In this document: piece after piece, positions 56,959 through 61,131 of the stretch | Position numbering within the stretch: position 1 is the first letter of the stretch | Layout: each line of letters starts with the position of its first letter | Assembly (NCBI GenBank): GCA_023230665.1 | Contig: JALNWY010000002.1 | Location: forward strand, 1 to 61,131 | Direction of reading: 5' to 3' | Length of the DNA stretch: 61,131 nucleotides | Source: Deltaproteobacteria bacterium | Lineage (GTDB): Bacteria; Desulfobacterota; Desulfomonilia; UBA1062 | Program-made: the position numbers and the translations under genes | The notes under the pieces: model-generated | Databases searched by the model: none | Told to the model about the DNA's origin: nothing | What the model saw: only the letters and a program-made list of their open reading frames with translations

Positions 56959-57714
56959 CTATTTGACGATGAGAAGGTTTGCCTGCTTGAGCCTCTGGGC
57001 AAGGGAAGCGATGATCTTGTGGGCCACCTCGGGGTTTTCGCTGATGATCTTCTCCAGCCCGCCTTCGTGAACCGGGAGGATCTCGACCACGCTTCTGCCC
57101 AGGGAGCGGATGGTCGCGCTCCTCGGCTCGTTGAGGATAAAGCTCATCTCGCCGAAGTACTCGCCCGGTTTCGTGATCGTTGCGATGCGCACGCCTTTTC
57201 TGAGAACCTCGAGCCCCTGCTCTGTCTGATAGAGCTTGAATATCTCGGTACCGTTCGTCCCCTCTTCGATGATGGTCTCACCGTCGGCGAACTCACGGAC
57301 ATCGAGGTTGATCGTCTCGCTGTAGGGAATATTTGACTCGGCCACCGAGGTGGTCTGTTCAAGCTGCAGGTACGCCGAGCGCAGAACCATGCTCACCAGA
57401 CCGGGTTTGCTGAAGACGATATCTTCGATTGCCTCGGATTCGTAGGCGGCCACGCGCGAGGACTTCACAGCCTTTGCCGTGGTGCTGTAGGGAATGCCCC
57501 GATAGTAGTTTTCAAGGCCGAACACGTCACGGTCGGAGAGAATGCGGATGGGTTTGTCCATCTGGTAGATCTGGACCTCTCCCTGGAGGATCGCATAGAA
57601 GTATTCGTTGGTGTCCCCTTCCCGTACGATCAGCTCTCCGGGACGATACTCCTTAACCGATACCGCCTCGATAGTCTTGGGTTCCAGCATACTTGCCGTT
57701 TCGGCAGCAGACAC
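56959..57714 (-). CDS. Protein with two cyclic-nucleotide-binding domains and no output domain
   Basis: Domain 1: GELIVREGDTNEYFYAILQGEV...DVFG. Domain 2: GETIIEEGTNGTEIFKL...GEYFGEMSFILNEPRSATIRS. Confidence 0.88.
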   Translation of the reverse strand: MSAAETASMLEPKTIEAVSVKEYRPGELIVREGDTNEYFYAILQGEVQIYQMDKPIRILSDRDVFGLENYYRGIPYSTTAKAVKSSRVAAYESEAIEDIVFSKPGLVSMVLRSAYLQLEQTTSVAESNIPYSETINLDVREFADGETIIEEGTNGTEIFKLYQTEQGLEVLRKGVRIATITKPGEYFGEMSFILNEPRSATIRSLGRSVVEILPVHEGGLEKIISENPEVAHKIIASLAQRLKQANLLIVK

Positions 57715-57729
57715 GAGAAACTTTACCCT

Positions 57730-58746
57730 CTATCTCATTGTCAGGGGCCATATCCGGCCGTGTACTCTGATAAACTTCTCCAGCTCGGGAAAGGGCTGGG
57801 GTTCGATGGAGGGTACGACGGTTCCCTTGAGGATATCCATCACCCGTGACACTGACTCCTTCAATGCACCGAGATGGTACCCGCCTTCGAGCGAGTACAC
57901 GACCGGCGCACTTACGTTCCGGGCAGCTTCCTGGATAACGGCCGCGATAGCGGCAAACCCGTCCGAGCTGAGCAGCATGCCGCCGATGGGGTCCATTGCA
58001 TGGGCGTCGAAACCGGCTGACACCAGCACCAGCCCGGGTTCGAAATCCTCGATGATCGGCTGGAGTATGTGACGGTATACGGCCAGGAAGTGCCCGTCAC
58101 TCTTTCCCCCGCCCAGGGGACAGTTCACGGTATATCCTGTCCCCTCTCCTGCTCCGGTCTCGGACAAGGCCCCGGTCCCCGGATAGAAGGGATACTGGTG
58201 CGTCGAGAAGTACAGCACCCGGCTGTCGTCATAGAAGCTCTCCTGGGTGCCGTTTCCGTGATGGATGTCAAAGTCGACGATCGCCACCCGTTCGACCCCG
58301 AACGATCTGACGGCCTTGGATGCGGCGATCGCCACGTTGTTGAACAGGCAAAAACCCATGGCGCGGTCTTTCCTCGCGTGGTGCCCCGGCGGCCTCACAC
58401 AGGCGAATCCTGCATCGATTCCGCGATCCAGTGCCATTCTGCACAGGCTGATCAGCGACCCCACAGCTTGGAGGGAAACCTCGTACGATTCGGGACAGCA
58501 TACAGTGTCGGGGTCCAAGTTCACAGCCGAGCCCCTCACAGACGCACGGGCTATGGAATCGATGTATCCCCTGCCGTGGTTGAGCATGATGTCCTCAACC
58601 GGCGAGGCAACCGGCGGGACGAGCATGATCCCGGGATCTTCCTTGACAAACAGGGTGTGGATGCACTGAGCTCTCAGAGGACTCTCAGGATGGTAAACGC
58701 CGGTTTCGTGATCCATGAACCTTACGTCTGACACCACACCGATCAT
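57730..58746 (-). CDS. Histone deacetylase-family protein (acetoin-utilisation / class II-like deacetylase)
   Basis: 338 aa: RPPGHHA, DFDIHHGNGTQ, SAGFDAH and LEGGY. Confidence 0.92.
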   Translation of the reverse strand: MIGVVSDVRFMDHETGVYHPESPLRAQCIHTLFVKEDPGIMLVPPVASPVEDIMLNHGRGYIDSIARASVRGSAVNLDPDTVCCPESYEVSLQAVGSLISLCRMALDRGIDAGFACVRPPGHHARKDRAMGFCLFNNVAIAASKAVRSFGVERVAIVDFDIHHGNGTQESFYDDSRVLYFSTHQYPFYPGTGALSETGAGEGTGYTVNCPLGGGKSDGHFLAVYRHILQPIIEDFEPGLVLVSAGFDAHAMDPIGGMLLSSDGFAAIAAVIQEAARNVSAPVVYSLEGGYHLGALKESVSRVMDILKGTVVPSIEPQPFPELEKFIRVHGRIWPLTMR

Positions 58747-58764
58747 CGTTTTCCCCTTTTTAAG

Positions 58765-59160
58765 CTATACATAGAGATCCAGGGCGTGTGGAGCATGCTC
58801 TTTCAGGACCGGATAAACACCCCCTCCTGCGGGGCCTGGAGAAGCCTGGCGCATTCTCCCGAAGAGAAGCTCGTGAATCACCGAGGCGCTCGAAACCAGG
58901 GGGTCGGGACCCAAGGTCGTGACCTGCGCCGGAGGCGCATATTCGATCCTCCGCACAGGCGGCTCGCACCTCTCCACCTCGCCATGAAGGCGTGGGAGTG
59001 CTGTGGCCTTGCCGCCGGATATGGAATCTCTGCCGGATTCCCCCTCGATAGTGACATACCTGAACCTGCAGAAAGGGAGATCAACTGCAATCCCTTTAAC
59101 ATTCGAGATATGGGCAAAGGGATTCCCATTATGCATCTTTTTCTTGGTACGCCAATTCAT
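58765..59160 (-). CDS. Hypothetical protein
   Basis: 131 aa from MNWRTKKK; an alternative ATG is at 59136. It lies 18 nt upstream of the HDAC gene on the same strand. No motif is recognised. Confidence 0.45.
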   Translation of the reverse strand: MNWRTKKKMHNGNPFAHISNVKGIAVDLPFCRFRYVTIEGESGRDSISGGKATALPRLHGEVERCEPPVRRIEYAPPAQVTTLGPDPLVSSASVIHELLFGRMRQASPGPAGGGVYPVLKEHAPHALDLYV

Positions 59161-59393
59161 GCCTTTTGACAAGCATAATCTCCCTGCGGGCCTCCAGGCC
59201 TCTCTGTGACCCCTACCCGGGGTCCGGGTCTTTGAAGGGCAGGCCCTTTGACCATTTCCGCCGCAGAGGGCAAGGAATGAGAACCACGCTCCCAGCCCTT
59301 GAGGAACGGACTGATACAGGTGATTCACTTGAGAACACCTGAAAGCGAAATAGTATGTATCAATATAATATAGAGTGAAGGAGGTTCAGTACC

Positions 59394-60131
59394 ATGAGGA
59401 GGTTTTTCTTAGAAGGTTTGATCATTCTGTTCACGGTTGTTCTTCCAGGGTATCTCGCTGCGCAGGATATCATGGCCCAGGCCGATGCCCTCTACGAGCA
59501 GGGTGGCCTAGACAATCTCCTGAAGTCAGCGGAGCTCTATGCGCAGGCCTCTGAGGCGGACCCCGCCAGTTATGAAGCCGCATGGAAGGCATCTCGATCC
59601 TATCGGGAATACTGCAACCAGGCAAAGGAGAGCAGTGCTGAAGACTGGGAAGGTATTTGCAAGCAGTATGGAAAGATGGGCATGATGTATGGCGAGAAGG
59701 CCATCGCCCTCAATCCGGACAGGGTGGAGGGACATTTCTGGTATGGATGCTCTGTGGGAAACTACTCGGATGGTGTGAGCGTTCTCACGGCCCTTCGAGA
59801 AGGGCTCAAGGACAGAACCCAGACGAGCTTTGAAAAATCCTATGAGATCGACAAAACCTATATGACCGGCGGTCCCATCAAGGCTCTTGGCCGTTTCTGG
59901 TATGTGCTGCCCTGGCCTTTGAGCGACAAGGAAAAGGCTGTCTCATACCTGAAAGAATACAACCAGGCCTACCCTGAGGATGTCGAAGGCCAGGTCTTCC
60001 TCGCCGAGGCCCTCATCGACTCGGGAGGAGACGAAAATACGGCACAGGCAAAGGCGCTTCTGGAACAGGCCTCTGTCTGTGACGAGAAATACTTCAGCGA
60101 TTGGGCAAAGCGGCTCATGGCAGACCTCTGA
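59394..60131 (+). CDS. Secreted TPR-like helical-repeat protein (possibly TatT-like)
   Basis: Signal peptide, then helical repeats: ADALYEQGG..., GHFWYGCSVG, GPIKALGRFWYVLPWP. The function assignment is tentative. Confidence 0.7.
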   Translation: MRRFFLEGLIILFTVVLPGYLAAQDIMAQADALYEQGGLDNLLKSAELYAQASEADPASYEAAWKASRSYREYCNQAKESSAEDWEGICKQYGKMGMMYGEKAIALNPDRVEGHFWYGCSVGNYSDGVSVLTALREGLKDRTQTSFEKSYEIDKTYMTGGPIKALGRFWYVLPWPLSDKEKAVSYLKEYNQAYPEDVEGQVFLAEALIDSGGDENTAQAKALLEQASVCDEKYFSDWAKRLMADL

Positions 60132-60345
60132 TCGTATAACCGGATACCAAAAACAGGCATTCCCGGAGACCTGAATGCCCGATATCCGGCTCTATTTAAG
60201 GCCGATTTTTTTCTTGCGTGCCGGAAAGAGAGGACGCATCTCCCCTTGAGAAAGGATCGCTTCTGAGCAGGTGAAACCTTGGGTGGCAGGTACGCTCTTA
60301 GAGGGGGCTCGCCGGCAGGGAGAATCCGTATGGAGAAAAATCCGC

Positions 60346-60717
60346 TCAGTCGCCCTGAGCGGATCGGCTCAACGCGAGCAGAGAGGCCTGATCGAGCTTT
60401 CGCAGGCTGCTCAGGAGAAGCTTGACATCACGGTTGTTCTGATCATCGAATTCTATGGCCATCCCCTTGTTCCACTCGATTCTCACCACCTTGCCGGAGA
60501 CATCGATCACCTTGCCGAGGTCGTGGGCGTCAAGCGTTGCATGCAGGCTATCGCCCTTCTCCAGGGGATGATGGGTTTCGATGAATACCCCTCCGAGGCT
60601 CAAATTCCTCACAGTTCCCTTCAAGACCCTGCCGTGCGAGTCCTGATAACGTGCTTCGATCCTGAACAATTTTCTGGAATGTCTTCGCTTGTCTTTCTTC
60701 ACATCCACTCCATACAT
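60346..60717 (-). CDS. PilZ domain protein (c-di-GMP binding)
   Basis: RRHSRK followed 22 residues later by RNLSLGG, the RxxxR and D/NxSxxG motifs. Confidence 0.9.
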   Translation of the reverse strand: MYGVDVKKDKRRHSRKLFRIEARYQDSHGRVLKGTVRNLSLGGVFIETHHPLEKGDSLHATLDAHDLGKVIDVSGKVVRIEWNKGMAIEFDDQNNRDVKLLLSSLRKLDQASLLALSRSAQGD

Positions 60718-60835
60718 CTCTTATGATAGTATTATTCGTCAAAGCTGCTTTATTTCTTAATACTTTCTCTGAAAAAAGACTGTTCTTAAGGCAGGATAAC
60801 CAGGGGTTCTCTCTGGCATAAAAATTGAGAAACTG

Positions 60836-60852
60836 TTTTTCCCAGGGAAAAA
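60836..60852. promoter_or_regulatory. Perfect 8-1-8 palindrome in the pilZ / dapL divergent promoter region
   Basis: TTTTTCCC-A-GGGAAAAA. Confidence 0.3.
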
Positions 60853-60938
60853 GCTGTGGTAGATAGATCTGGGTGTTATCCTCCATGGACTAAAGCCATG
60901 AGATGACTGCCGCGAAAGAGAGGTGAGACAAAGGGGCC

Positions 60939-61131
60939 ATGATCAGAATCAACGAGAATTACCTGAATCTCAAGACATCGTATCTCTTCTCCGAAATCGC
61001 CAGGCGGGTCGCATCGTTCCAGGAAAAGAACCCTGGTGTGAAGGTGATCAAGCTCGGCATCGGAGATGTCACCCGTCCGCTGCCCGGAGCATGCATCCGC
61101 GCCCTGCACGCGGCCGTGGACGAGATGTCCG
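60939..61131 (+). CDS. dapL: LL-diaminopimelate aminotransferase (partial; runs off the window)
   Basis: The frame is open from the ATG at 60939: [49 protein letters not shown], a typical DapL N-terminus. AAAGGGG lies upstream. Confidence 0.88.
   Translation, partial: MIRINENYLNLKTSYLFSEIARRVASFQEKNPGVKVIKLGIGDVTRPLPGACIRALHAAVDEMS

Noticed and set aside
60548-60886. 112-aa minus-strand ORF upstream of and overlapping pilZ
   Set aside because: It is out of frame with the well-supported PilZ gene. Its first half lies in the AT-rich promoter spacer, and it has no SD.

Overview
61.1-kb chromosomal window at roughly 58-60% GC. Gene content and order suggest a Desulfobacterota (delta-proteobacterial, syntroph or sulfate-reducer type) genome, but this is inference only. 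I support about 62 protein-coding genes, nearly all housekeeping or core accessory metabolism. The main block is a long minus-strand biosynthetic cluster at 44.3-54.6 kb: DUF465, ilvB, ilvN, ilvC, psd, pssA, leuA, leuC, leuD, an asd-like gene and ecfT. Other confident calls are prc, galE, metF, ychJ, xni, pfk, nnr, cutA, a cyclophilin, mdh and a partial dapL. There are also many signalling genes: a REC-REC-HD-GYP regulator, HDOD, PilZ, a PAS histidine kinase, a dual-cNMP protein, two HDAC-family genes and Usp. I found no rRNA, tRNA, CRISPR array, intact IS element or prophage, and I cannot point to a clear multi-gene novel system. The parts not explained by ordinary annotation are these. (1) A low-GC islet at 2.3-3.65 kb carries two divergent, well-spaced sigma54-type promoters, candidate small RNAs and tandem intrinsic terminators. 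(2) A chimeric ORF at 42.5-43.9 kb joins the catalytic-Cys block of a clostripain-like C11 peptidase in frame to a complete serpin. A highly structured 360-bp intergenic region lies just upstream and ends in a plus-strand terminator. (3) A decaying 2-oxoacid dehydrogenase E2 gene at 0.2-1.5 kb has its canonical lipoyl-lysine motif readable only in an alternate frame, between two compensating frameshifts. (4) The asd-like gene has a non-canonical active-site block. (5) A minus-strand HDAC / dual-cNMP / PAS-kinase operon sits at 55.5-59.2 kb. Many long ORFs in the supplied track are antisense or out-of-frame artefacts of high GC and were rejected. Several true starts lie downstream of the track starts and were moved to ATGs with Shine-Dalgarno support.
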